From NCBI RefSeq assembly GCF_936981045.1, contig NZ_OW441264.1:660001-692000 (forward strand): 32,000 nucleotides of DNA, in the 5' to 3' direction. Below, one piece after another: positions 8,274-17,006 of this stretch. The first letter of the stretch is position 1; every line of letters starts with the position of its first letter. A program made the position numbers and the translations under genes. The notes beneath the pieces are model-generated. The model saw only the letters and a program-made list of their open reading frames with translations. It was not told where the DNA came from and did not search any database. The DNA is from Candidatus Saccharimonadota bacterium. Its GTDB lineage: Bacteria; Bacteroidota; Bacteroidia; Cytophagales; Amoebophilaceae.

Positions 8274-9550
8274 GAGGCCGTTGTGATAGATTTCTATTAT
8301 AATATTTTTAGGGTTGTTTAGACTGATTTTTGGTATTAAAGTGGTATTAGTTTTATTATTTATTGATTTTCATGTACTTTTATTGCATTTTAGACAGACC
8401 ATTCCCCTAAAGACCTCTTAATATGATATTTGGCGACCTGTATAAGTTATAGGCTATTGCTTCGATAACGTGTTGCGTATGAGTTTTAGCAAGTCCTATG
8501 TAGCGAGCTCCTGAGCTTCGGAACCAACTTTTAATACTTCCAAATACACGTTCTACTTTATACCTGGTTTTAGCTACCAATGTATTAAACCGTTTAGCAG
8601 TAGGTGATAAAGGATTATTTCTAGTAGCTTTCTTCTGAATAGCTGATTTTAAGGCTTTATTCTTTAATAAGGTTTCATTAGGTGATCCGCTATAGCCCTT
8701 ATCTGCATATAGCCTACTACCTACTTTTAGCTCTACTTTATCCAATAAGACTTGTAAATGAGCACTATCATGACTAGATGCTTTTGTGGTACTGACTGCT
8801 AGGACTAAGCCTTCTTTACTTTCCACAAGGATGTGACGCTTATACCCATAGTAGAGATTATCTCCTTTTTTTGTCCAACTCGCTTCTGGATCTACACCTT
8901 TTTGATAACTTTCGGCTACAGTTATAGTGCCATCTTCATGGAGATCATAGCTTTTTTTACCTTTAGGGCGCCTAGCGGTAGGCGTAATAGAGGCATCAAC
9001 AACTGCACCATGTTGAACTAATACACCATGACTAGATAGTTGATCGTTAATTATTTTCAATAACCTTTCTAGGACCTGCTTCTCCGTAAGCGCAGTCCTA
9101 AACCTGCTTAATACGCTATGATCTGGAACAGAACTATCCATGGAAATACGACAAAATCTGCTGAAAGTGATACGATCATTTACTTCTTCTTCTACTTGAT
9201 AGTCACTCAGAGCATACCATGTTTGAAGCAACAGCATTTTAAATAAAAGAAGCGGGCTATAAGCTGCCTTTCCTGATAAACACAAACCTTTAGGATAATA
9301 CAAGAAAAGTTCTTTTTCTATTACTTGCCAAGTAATCAACTTATTAAGCTGATCGAAAAAAGTATGCTTACACTTACGTCGACTGGCTGAAATATCTGCA
9401 AAACTTAATTGATTATTTGTTTTGATGGCCATAACAATACTATTAAAAAGCTTAAGTTTAAACGATTAAAGAATCAACCTAATTTAACCATTGTATAACA
9501 CTAAAAGTCACTTTTTATAACAAAGCTTAAAACTCTATTGCAACAACTTC
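8274..9550 (-). mobile_element. IS5-family insertion sequence, copy 1 (1277 bp)
   Basis: Imperfect terminal repeats GAAGTTGTTGCAATAGAG (left, at 9550) and GAGGCCGTTGTGATAGAT (right, at 8274). Same length as copy 2 and nearly identical to it. Confidence 0.9.
8407..9432 (-). CDS. IS5-family DDE transposase, apparently intact
   Basis: 341 aa. N-terminal DUF772-like block (SPLLLFKMLLLQTWYALSDYQVEEEVNDRITFSRFC), AVVDASI, LYADKGYSG, RYKVERVFGSIK. Confidence 0.9.
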   Translation of the reverse strand: MAIKTNNQLSFADISASRRKCKHTFFDQLNKLITWQVIEKELFLYYPKGLCLSGKAAYSPLLLFKMLLLQTWYALSDYQVEEEVNDRITFSRFCRISMDSSVPDHSVLSRFRTALTEKQVLERLLKIINDQLSSHGVLVQHGAVVDASITPTARRPKGKKSYDLHEDGTITVAESYQKGVDPEASWTKKGDNLYYGYKRHILVESKEGLVLAVSTTKASSHDSAHLQVLLDKVELKVGSRLYADKGYSGSPNETLLKNKALKSAIQKKATRNNPLSPTAKRFNTLVAKTRYKVERVFGSIKSWFRSSGARYIGLAKTHTQHVIEAIAYNLYRSPNIILRGL

Positions 9551-9843
9551 GATGTGAAACATTCATAGCGTGCAACCCCTAACACCCCGGCACTTGTATG
9601 ATGGTCATGGTCTATTTTTTTGCACCCTACTATCAGCCTTCCTGTAGCCACTAGACAGTCGGCAAATGCGCTTAAACGGCTTAACGAGGCTAATTTGGGT
9701 TCACTTTTGTTGCAGCCCGCTATTTTGCAGATGCATTTAAAGGTAACTTAAACCTGTGAATCACCCCACAAATCCAACCTCCTGCTAGACTCCCGAAATA
9801 GACAAATTAGAGTCAGGGGACTTACACCCCATTTGTTGCACAC
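9551..9843 (-). ncRNA. Group II intron, 5' ribozyme segment (the rest is at 23464-25045)
   Basis: Relatively GC-rich non-coding block. It becomes contiguous with 23464 onward once the IS5 copies and one ACATC duplicate are removed. A candidate 5' GUGUG lies at 9843-9839 (minus strand). The 5' boundary is not resolved. Confidence 0.55.
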
Positions 9844-10520
9844 CTGTGCCGGCGTGCAATGGCTGCAGACTTAAAACACTTAAAACTAAGCATAGGTTTT
9901 AGCCGTTTTTTGATAAACCTATGATCTTGTTCAACTCTATTATTCAAGTATTTGTTTTGAAATATTTGAATGGTATAATCTTGATCAAGTTCTGTATTGA
10001 TCGTATCAAGGGCAGCTTTATTACTACCGCTTTTGTCAATTACTACTTTCTTAAGAATATTATTTTCTGTGATCGCCTTACGAAAAAAAGAAAAAGCTGC
10101 AGACTTGTCTCTATGCTCAGATAGAAAAAAGTTAACTGTATCACCATAACGATCTACTGTTCTATATAAATAGATCCACTTCCCGTTTAGTTTACATAGG
10201 TTTCATCCATTCTCCAACTACCACCAACTGGTCGTTTTCTTTTGCTTACTGCTTGATCTATAAGAGGAACAAACTTAATAACCCATCTTTGTAGCGTAGA
10301 ACGATCAACTCTTGCGCCTCTCATACGCATCATATCTTCCAAATCTCTATAGCTCAAGGAAAAATGACACTTCATCTAGACAAATAACAGGATGACTTCT
10401 GCTGAAGAACAATAGCCCTTAAAATAAGGTAATAATTTGGGCGAAATATTAAACATAATAACTACTTTTTTAACTGCAGATACTAAAATAATGATTTTTT
10501 AGAATAAACGTGACAGAACC
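9844..10520 (-). mobile_element. IS6-family element remnant A (left end plus most of the transposase)
   Basis: Terminus GGTTCTGTCACG at 10520-10509. The transposase frame runs 10456 to about 9850 and reads ...LSYRDLEDMMRMRG...WRMDETYV(K)LNGKWIYLYRTVD...VVIDKSGSN...YLNNRVEQDHRFIKKR...SFKCFKSAAIA. In-frame TAG at 10376-10378, a 1-nt frameshift near 10190, and the 3' end is missing. Confidence 0.75.
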
Positions 10521-10531
10521 GATCATAATGC

Positions 10532-12301
10532 CTATTGTAGCCAACGCATACCATCGAACTGCATTCTACACATATTTACATAGAGGGGGCTAATCTTTAA
10601 AAGCGTCTCATGGGATCCATTTGCAATTATTTTACCACCATTAAATACCAGCACCCGATCCATTGCAGCTAAAATCCTCAATCTATGCGCAATCACAATA
10701 GTTGTTTTACCCGCCATAATCATATAGAGGCTTTCTTGAATTTCAGTTTCAGTAACGGCATCCAATGCAGCAGTGGCCTCATCTAATATTAAAATAGGTG
10801 CATCTTTTAATATAGCACGTGCAATGGCTATGCGTTGACGCTGGCCACCTGAAAGCTTTGATCCTCTTTCACCTACCAACGTATGATATCCCCGTGATAG
10901 ACCGATAATAAAGTCATGACACTTTGCCTTTTTAGCAGAGGCAATCACTTCATCATCCGTTGCTTCTTTGCGCCCATAACGAATATTTTCTAAAATGCTA
11001 TCATGAAAAAGAGTCGTATCTTGAGGGATAAGGGAAATAGCCGCACGCAATGATTCTTGTGTAACGGTCGATATATTTTGACCATCAATAGTAATCACAC
11101 CCTCATTCAGATCAAAAAACCTTAGCAAAAGGTTAATAAAGGTAGTTTTACCACTACCAGATAAGCCGACCAAGCCTACTCTTTCACCAGGTGCTATATC
11201 AATGCTTTGATGCTCAAATATAGGTTTACCTGGCACATAAGCAAAGGAGACATCCTTGAAGGAAATAGCAGCGGAATGACATGTAAGCACATAAGCACCG
11301 GGTGCATCCAGAACAGCATGCTTCTTTTGTAATAATTTTAACGCCTGTTGACAATAACCTATTTCCTCGAAGAAATCAGAAAACTCTGCTACAGAAACCC
11401 AAACCAAGTTACAAATATTATTGCCCGCATAAAAAATGTAAGTGACTTCAGAAATAGAAAGCTTACCAAGCTGCCAATAATAGATCATATAAGAGAGTAT
11501 CGCTATACCCATAAAGCCAATGGAAAATCCACTAATGATAAGATGTAGCTGCATAATAAGCTTTAAAGCTTTTTCATGTGCGTGTTTTTCTGTTGCTTGC
11601 GGCACCAACAAATGTGAAGTTTCTTGATTTTTTCGAGCAAAAAGTTTAACGCTTAAGATATTGGTAAACCCATCTACAATAGTGCCAGACAAGCGGCTTC
11701 CCTTTTCTGCATGTAACGCTACACTATGGCGATACTTTTTTGAATAAACAAGGTAAGTAGCCGTATACAGTATAAGCCAAGCCATCAACACTGCACCAAA
11801 GGTAGGCTGTATATAGGCAAAGGAAAATACACCCACTAACATAGTACAAAATGTAGGCAAAAACCATGAAATAACAATCATCATGATTTGACTGATGCCA
11901 TCTGTCAAATCGTTGACACGTTTTACCAAATCACCAGAAAAATGCTCTGTAAAAAACTGGTAGGAATGACCCTGAAAATATCGTACAATCCAGATGCGTA
12001 TTTTTGACTCGAAACCAGGAATAGTCTTAATCTTCATATAGTCAAATAGGCGAAATAAAATCTCTATGAGCACGATTACACCTACTAAAGCGGTAAGCGG
12101 ACAGCCGAGTTTTATCCAAGCACCTGTTCTATGGTCAGCTAATTCTGTAAGTCGTGTAACAAGTACCTTGAAGGTATAGGGGACTACTAAGTTATCAAGC
12201 ACAAAACACATGCGCAAACAAGCCATCGCAATAAAATGCCATTTGTATTGACTTACAAAGTGCGAGATAAAGGTTTTTAAATTTTTAGTAATGGGTTGCA
12301 T
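10532..12301 (-). CDS. ABC transporter, fused permease/ATPase (MsbA/lipid-exporter type)
   Basis: 589 aa. N-terminal six-helix-type hydrophobic domain, Walker A GLSGSGKTT, signature LSGGQRQR, Walker B ILILDEATAALD. Confidence 0.9.
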   Translation of the reverse strand: MQPITKNLKTFISHFVSQYKWHFIAMACLRMCFVLDNLVVPYTFKVLVTRLTELADHRTGAWIKLGCPLTALVGVIVLIEILFRLFDYMKIKTIPGFESKIRIWIVRYFQGHSYQFFTEHFSGDLVKRVNDLTDGISQIMMIVISWFLPTFCTMLVGVFSFAYIQPTFGAVLMAWLILYTATYLVYSKKYRHSVALHAEKGSRLSGTIVDGFTNILSVKLFARKNQETSHLLVPQATEKHAHEKALKLIMQLHLIISGFSIGFMGIAILSYMIYYWQLGKLSISEVTYIFYAGNNICNLVWVSVAEFSDFFEEIGYCQQALKLLQKKHAVLDAPGAYVLTCHSAAISFKDVSFAYVPGKPIFEHQSIDIAPGERVGLVGLSGSGKTTFINLLLRFFDLNEGVITIDGQNISTVTQESLRAAISLIPQDTTLFHDSILENIRYGRKEATDDEVIASAKKAKCHDFIIGLSRGYHTLVGERGSKLSGGQRQRIAIARAILKDAPILILDEATAALDAVTETEIQESLYMIMAGKTTIVIAHRLRILAAMDRVLVFNGGKIIANGSHETLLKISPLYVNMCRMQFDGMRWLQ

Positions 12302-12456
12302 GAGTGGAAAGGTGTCAAAACATATCCGTTATGTTGATTCGGAAAAGAGATGATGTAAAACACTTTTGAGTTGATCAAAAAGGCATTTATATCTTATTTT
12401 TTTCTTGATAAAGAAGTAGGGAAAAAGTCAAGCCATTATGCGAAAAATTACTAAAA

Positions 12457-12629
12457 AAGGCCGTTGCAATAGAAAATTTTACATGATTTTACTATAATAA
12501 CTCGGACACATTCGTAATGTTTCTAGACTAGAAATATTATTGTTTATGTATTTTTAATACTTAAAAGTAACTATTAGGCGATAATTACCTCTATCTTATA
12601 AAAACTTAGTTTTCTATTGCAACGGACTC
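12457..12629. mobile_element. 173-bp MITE derived from the IS5-family element
   Basis: Ends AAGGCCGTTGCAATAGAAAA and (reverse complement) GAGTCCGTTGCAATAGAAAA match the IS5 terminal repeats. It is flanked by the direct repeat TAAAA (12452-12456 and 12630-12634). There is no ORF. Confidence 0.75.
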
Positions 12630-12857
12630 TAAAAGTGCCCCCCCTTAAAGTTGGGAAATCAGAATCTGCCCTGCAAGCCCAACGCAGCTGATTTGAGAAG
12701 GATCTTTAATGGCATACCTGCCTCATTGCAACTTTTTATAAGGGGACGTTCTTTTTCATAATACTGTCAGACGGGTAAATAGAACATATACATAGGTAAA
12801 GGGATTTATATCTTACTTTTTGAGTAAGCAAAAAAGGAGCATGTACAATCTTTCACA

Positions 12858-13184
12858 TTAAGGTAAAAATCTATCTAGTGATTCCTGAATTTGACTGATC
12901 GGTACATTCCCAACCAAACGATCTACCTGTTGACCTTGATGAAAAAACACCATAGTAGGTATCGTACTAATGATATATCTAGAAGGTGTTTGACTATTTT
13001 CACTGATATTAACCTTAGTGATATATGCCTTCCCTTTATACATGGCAGCAATCTGTTCTATAGCGGGGGCAAGTTTTAGGCAAGACCCACACCAAGGTGC
13101 CCAAAAATCTACTAAAACAAGTTTATGTTGGCTTATTACCTCATCAAACTGTGCATCTGTAATCTCTACAATATTTTGATCCAT
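12858..13184 (-). CDS. trxA: Thioredoxin with a CGSC active site
   Basis: 108 aa. Contains VLVDFWAPWCGSCLKLAP, with the active-site codons at 13080-13094. Confidence 0.85.
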   Translation of the reverse strand: MDQNIVEITDAQFDEVISQHKLVLVDFWAPWCGSCLKLAPAIEQIAAMYKGKAYITKVNISENSQTPSRYIISTIPTMVFFHQGQQVDRLVGNVPISQIQESLDRFLP

Positions 13185-13379
13185 AAGTTAGAATAGTTTT
13201 TTATAATGGACGTTACCCGGAAGTTTTACTGTATATGGGAAATTTAAAACATTTTCATGCAATATACAAACATTTATAGGGAAACAGATATGTTACATAA
13301 AGCTATGCAAAGCAACATGCAATGGGGTCAATTTAAAGGTTCCATCTTGCATAACACCAAACCCCAAGGATTGTATTCC

Positions 13380-14837
13380 CTACAGTTTATAACGTTTACC
13401 GATCAGTAACATATAGTTAAATGCCTCTTCGTATTCATTCTTAATTGTACCCTCTAATATAGCCTCTTTAATAGCCTCCTTAATAAGACCTACCTGAGCG
13501 GATGGCTTTAGTGCAAATGTTTCCATAATAACTGCACCCGTAATAACCGGTTGAAAATTTCTAACTTTATCACGTGCTTCTACCTCCAACACCCTCTTTT
13601 GAACTTTATCAAGGTTAGCCAAATAGTGCTGCACCTTTATTTCATTTTTAGAGGTAATATCCGCTCTACATAACAAAAATAAATCCTCTAAATCATCTCC
13701 AACCTCATATAAAAGACGGCGTATAGCGGTATCAGTGACCTCTTTTACCAAGGCTATAGGACGCAAATGTAACCTAACCAATTTTTGTACATATCCCAGG
13801 ACTTCCTTACTGATAGGAAAGCGCATTTTTTTAAATAGCTTAGGCAACATTCTAGCACCCAGCTCTTCGTGACCATGAAAAGAAAAACCATGCACAGGAT
13901 CAAATTTTTTAGTCAATGGCTTGGCGATATCATGCAAAACAGCTGCCCAACGAAGCCATAATTTAGAAGAATACTTCACCAGATTATCCAACACTTCAAG
14001 TGTATGGAGTAAATTATCTTTATGGGAATGGCATCCAATTTGTTCTTTCCCTGAAAGGCTTTGTAGTTCTGGTAGTACAATCGATAATAAGTTGGTATCG
14101 AATAAAAGTTTAAATCCATAAGTAGGCCTATCGGTAGCCATCATTTTATGCAGCTCTTCGGAAATACGTTCCTGAGCCACAATACCCAAGCGATCCCGCA
14201 CAGCGGTCATGGCCACCAATGTTTCTGGTGTGATACTAAAATGCAACTGAGCCGCCAATCGTATGGCACGCATGATGCGCAAAGGGTCATCTGAAAAGGT
14301 TTGCTTGGGATCACAAGGGGTTCTAATCAACCCATCTATCAAGTCTCGATGGCCGTTAAATGGATCCAATAATCGTCCATACCCTTCCTTATTTAAAGAG
14401 ATCGCCATTGCATTAATGGTAAAGTCCCGACGCATTTGATCATCAGGGAGTGTACCAGCTGATACACTTGGATGACGAGAACCAAGCAGGTAAGATTCTT
14501 TTCTAGCGCCTACAAACTCTACTACCCATCCATTCCACTGTAACATGGCGGTACCAAAACTTTTAAATAGGCTAACGGACACGGCTTTGTATTTTGCTAC
14601 AGCCTCTGCCAGTACCATACCATCTCCTATGCAGACAATATCAATATCTTTGGAGGCACGCCCTAACAATATATCCCGCACAAATCCGCCTACTACATAG
14701 GTCTCTAATTGAAGCGAATCGGCAATCTTACCAATTTTGCGCAAGATGGGATGATGTCCTATGCCATCTAACTGCACCATAATCTCATTACTTTTTACAC
14801 TTTCCAAGATTCTATTTTTTAATATGTTTTTGAGCAC
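13380..14837 (-). CDS. cca: CCA-adding tRNA nucleotidyltransferase (PolyA_pol head plus HD domain)
   Basis: 485 aa. Contains GGFVRDILLGRASKDIDIV, RDFTINAMA and HDIAKP. Confidence 0.8.
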   Translation of the reverse strand: MLKNILKNRILESVKSNEIMVQLDGIGHHPILRKIGKIADSLQLETYVVGGFVRDILLGRASKDIDIVCIGDGMVLAEAVAKYKAVSVSLFKSFGTAMLQWNGWVVEFVGARKESYLLGSRHPSVSAGTLPDDQMRRDFTINAMAISLNKEGYGRLLDPFNGHRDLIDGLIRTPCDPKQTFSDDPLRIMRAIRLAAQLHFSITPETLVAMTAVRDRLGIVAQERISEELHKMMATDRPTYGFKLLFDTNLLSIVLPELQSLSGKEQIGCHSHKDNLLHTLEVLDNLVKYSSKLWLRWAAVLHDIAKPLTKKFDPVHGFSFHGHEELGARMLPKLFKKMRFPISKEVLGYVQKLVRLHLRPIALVKEVTDTAIRRLLYEVGDDLEDLFLLCRADITSKNEIKVQHYLANLDKVQKRVLEVEARDKVRNFQPVITGAVIMETFALKPSAQVGLIKEAIKEAILEGTIKNEYEEAFNYMLLIGKRYKL

Positions 14838-14843
14838 ACACAG

Positions 14844-16136
14844 TTAAGCAGCCAGCGAAACATACCCCTCTTGCTCTATAACTTTTTCTTCTTTTTGCTT
14901 ATAAAAAGCTGCTTCTACACATTCCACTACTTTCTGTATAACTTGCTCATTATTGAGTTCAGAAAGTCCACGCTTTACCGAAACACCTACTTTATTACCA
15001 TGAGAGGCACCAGGCACTGTTATGCGTTTAAAGTTTTTTGTAACCAACCCTTCAGCATGTTGTGTAGCCACAGGAAGCAACATATCGTGTGGGTTACCTC
15101 CAATCAGTTCTGCATAGGTAGCATTGAGTTCTTTCAATGCTTGTTTGCTAATAGAGGATGGAAATGAATTAAAAAGCTTAGAGAAATCAGTTAACGCACC
15201 TGCAATAGCAGTAATAGGAAGATCAACTTCTTTAAGACCTAAGGCAACATACTTAGAAATAAACGCACTACCTGGCTCTAAATCTGCAGCTCCCGGGCAT
15301 TTTTTTTTCATGAAGTATGGTACTGCTATTTCATATAAGCTGGGCCATCTTTCTGCTAATTTGGGCTTAAATTTAAAAAAATATTTGATTACATCTTTAG
15401 CATAATCTTTCTTTATGGTATCTAAAATAGCTTCTATCTTTTCAAATTTTTTCTTAAAATTCTTAATATTTTTGATATGGTCCATTACTGGGGCTCCTTT
15501 CCATAGTGTGCCTATAGTAATCAATTGATTGATAACTATTCCATTTTCACTTTTTAAACGGTCCCTATATTCCTTAACAAGGACAAACCCCCGTAATCCC
15601 CCTTGGCTATGGCCTACTAGTACAACACGACTACCGTACGCAACCTTTGTTTTGATCTCTTCATAAGCTAATTCAGCTTGCTCCTTGATCGATCGTTCTA
15701 CAGTGGGAGAAGGGCCACCTTGTTTACTAGGATCTTTATTGACACATGTTAAGGGAACTATAGTGGCATATGGAAATGTTTGTTGTAAAACTTCCTTCAT
15801 CTTATTAAAATCATAAGACAACCTATGTAGTCCATGCAACAATACAATCGCTTGTTGATGCTCTGCTACTTTAGCTACTCGATGCCGCCTTTTCACTTGA
15901 TTTATAAGAGGTTTAGGATCATTTGATCCATCTAGGTCTCCTGTGTCCACTCCTTCTGGTTCATTATCTTCTTGAGTGGTATTGCTTTTTTCCTCTAATG
16001 CAGGTAATTTTTTACTTTTATTCTGATGATCAGGACAACATCTACCTCTACAACCCATACTTAAGGCAAAACAAAAAATTAAACTGGATCGATAAATGCA
16101 AATAAGGGCCCTACGAATGCCTATGATATGGTACAT
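14844..16136 (-). CDS. Alpha/beta-hydrolase, lipase/esterase-like, with an N-terminal signal or lipoprotein-like segment
   Basis: 430 aa. Hydrophobic N-terminus ending LSMGC, then an acidic low-complexity linker. Contains IVLLHGLH and the nucleophile elbow LVGHSQGG (GxSxG). Confidence 0.6.
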   Translation of the reverse strand: MYHIIGIRRALICIYRSSLIFCFALSMGCRGRCCPDHQNKSKKLPALEEKSNTTQEDNEPEGVDTGDLDGSNDPKPLINQVKRRHRVAKVAEHQQAIVLLHGLHRLSYDFNKMKEVLQQTFPYATIVPLTCVNKDPSKQGGPSPTVERSIKEQAELAYEEIKTKVAYGSRVVLVGHSQGGLRGFVLVKEYRDRLKSENGIVINQLITIGTLWKGAPVMDHIKNIKNFKKKFEKIEAILDTIKKDYAKDVIKYFFKFKPKLAERWPSLYEIAVPYFMKKKCPGAADLEPGSAFISKYVALGLKEVDLPITAIAGALTDFSKLFNSFPSSISKQALKELNATYAELIGGNPHDMLLPVATQHAEGLVTKNFKRITVPGASHGNKVGVSVKRGLSELNNEQVIQKVVECVEAAFYKQKEEKVIEQEGYVSLAA

Positions 16137-16293
16137 ACTGGTTCCTGTAGATGATATAGTGGATATAATAAAATTAGTGACCCCCTAATTAGCTAAATAT
16201 AGGACTTTTGAGCTACTTTAGAAAGCTGTAAATAAATAAGAAGCATATGCGCGCATCTTCAATGGGGCTACTTTAAGGTTTCTATTCTTAGTA

Positions 16294-16533
16294 ACGTGAG
16301 TTCGGGATTTATTTGACTGATTTACAACAATTTAATATCAATTATTTAGTTAATATTTGCACCTATTTAACAAGTTTTTATATCTAATTTTATAAATATA
16401 ATATATATAATAAACTGATTATCAGAATTATTTGTTATTCAACTACCTATTTAACTGTCTATAAAACAAATTTTATAAATTTTTATTAATATTGATTATC
16501 AAATGAAAAAATAATCTAATCCCGAACTCACGT
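16294..16533 (-). mobile_element. MITE-A, complete 240-bp copy (inverted relative to 4881)
   Basis: Perfect 16-bp terminal repeats. Two substitutions relative to the 4881 copy. Here the palindrome extends outward (CTTAGTA...TACTAAG). Confidence 0.85.
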
Positions 16534-16654
16534 TACTAAGTCTTTCTAATCAGATAAGCTTTTTACAAGGGGTGTTTTTTCTTGTTTTATTCTATTTAAT
16601 AATCAATAACGTTCATGCCTATAATTGATGTCATTGGCTGAGTAGATAGGAGTC

Positions 16655-16746
16655 ACGAACTGTTTTTCAGCCGATCAGAAAATCATCTTGTTTGAGGCCC
16701 ACATAGCGGGCTGAGTTGATTATTTTACCGCTGAAAAACAGTTCGT
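16655..16746. repeat. 92-nt hairpin-forming element with perfect 17-bp arms
   Basis: ACGAACTGTTTTTCAGC (16655-16671) and GCTGAAAAACAGTTCGT (16730-16746). The loop holds a further GCCC/GGGC mini-stem. A direct repeat GGCTGAGT(A/T)GAT occurs at about 16636 and about 16709. Confidence 0.5.
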
Positions 16747-17006
16747 TTCATTATTTTTACTGCGTGCCAAATTTTTTATAGAGGGCCATAAGTAGAGGGG
16801 GGCACACCAACAATCTATACACATAACTGCAATAAAATATATTTCCTTACGTCAACACCATTGCGCACGCCCTTGTTTGTGCTTTAGCTAACTATTTATT
16901 AAATTGCCCCCCTACGCATTGAACCAATCGCAAGGTATAATCTCTGGTTTACAACCATACAAGCATGCTTGCTTAAGTTGCATCAAGTATTAAAATAGTC
17001 ATCGCT

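Noticed and set aside
9921-10124. Plus-strand ORF of 67 aa.
   Set aside because: It is antisense to the clearly recognisable IS6-family transposase frame on the minus strand.
12382-12835. Repeated ATTTATATCTTA(T/C)TTTTT at about 12385 and about 12805, considered as a Bacteroidota-type promoter (TAnnTTTG).
   Set aside because: It is not an exact match to the -7 consensus, and both copies face away from the adjacent minus-strand genes.
14871-16105. Plus-strand ORFs inside the hydrolase gene (14871..15167, 15124..15405, 15923..16105), and similar shadow ORFs inside the helicase, murA, AddB-like, ABC transporter and cca genes.
   Set aside because: They are antisense to, or out of frame with, longer ORFs that carry clear catalytic motifs.
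13300-16292. Similar strings around AATGGGG(TC/CT)A..TTAAAGGTT at about 13321 and about 16261, and AATGGGGCTACT at about 28243 (reverse strand) within the ANK pseudogene. Are these further ANK remnants?
   Set aside because: Translations at 13321 and 16261 do not give an ankyrin consensus, and the similarity is short and gapped. I cannot support it without an alignment tool.
12634-16915. The motif TGCCCCCC(C)T recurs at about 12635, about 16793 (reverse strand) and about 16907. Is this a phase-variable homopolymer or a shared regulatory box?
   Set aside because: There are only three short occurrences, with no consistent distance to any gene start and no surrounding conservation. That is too weak to call.
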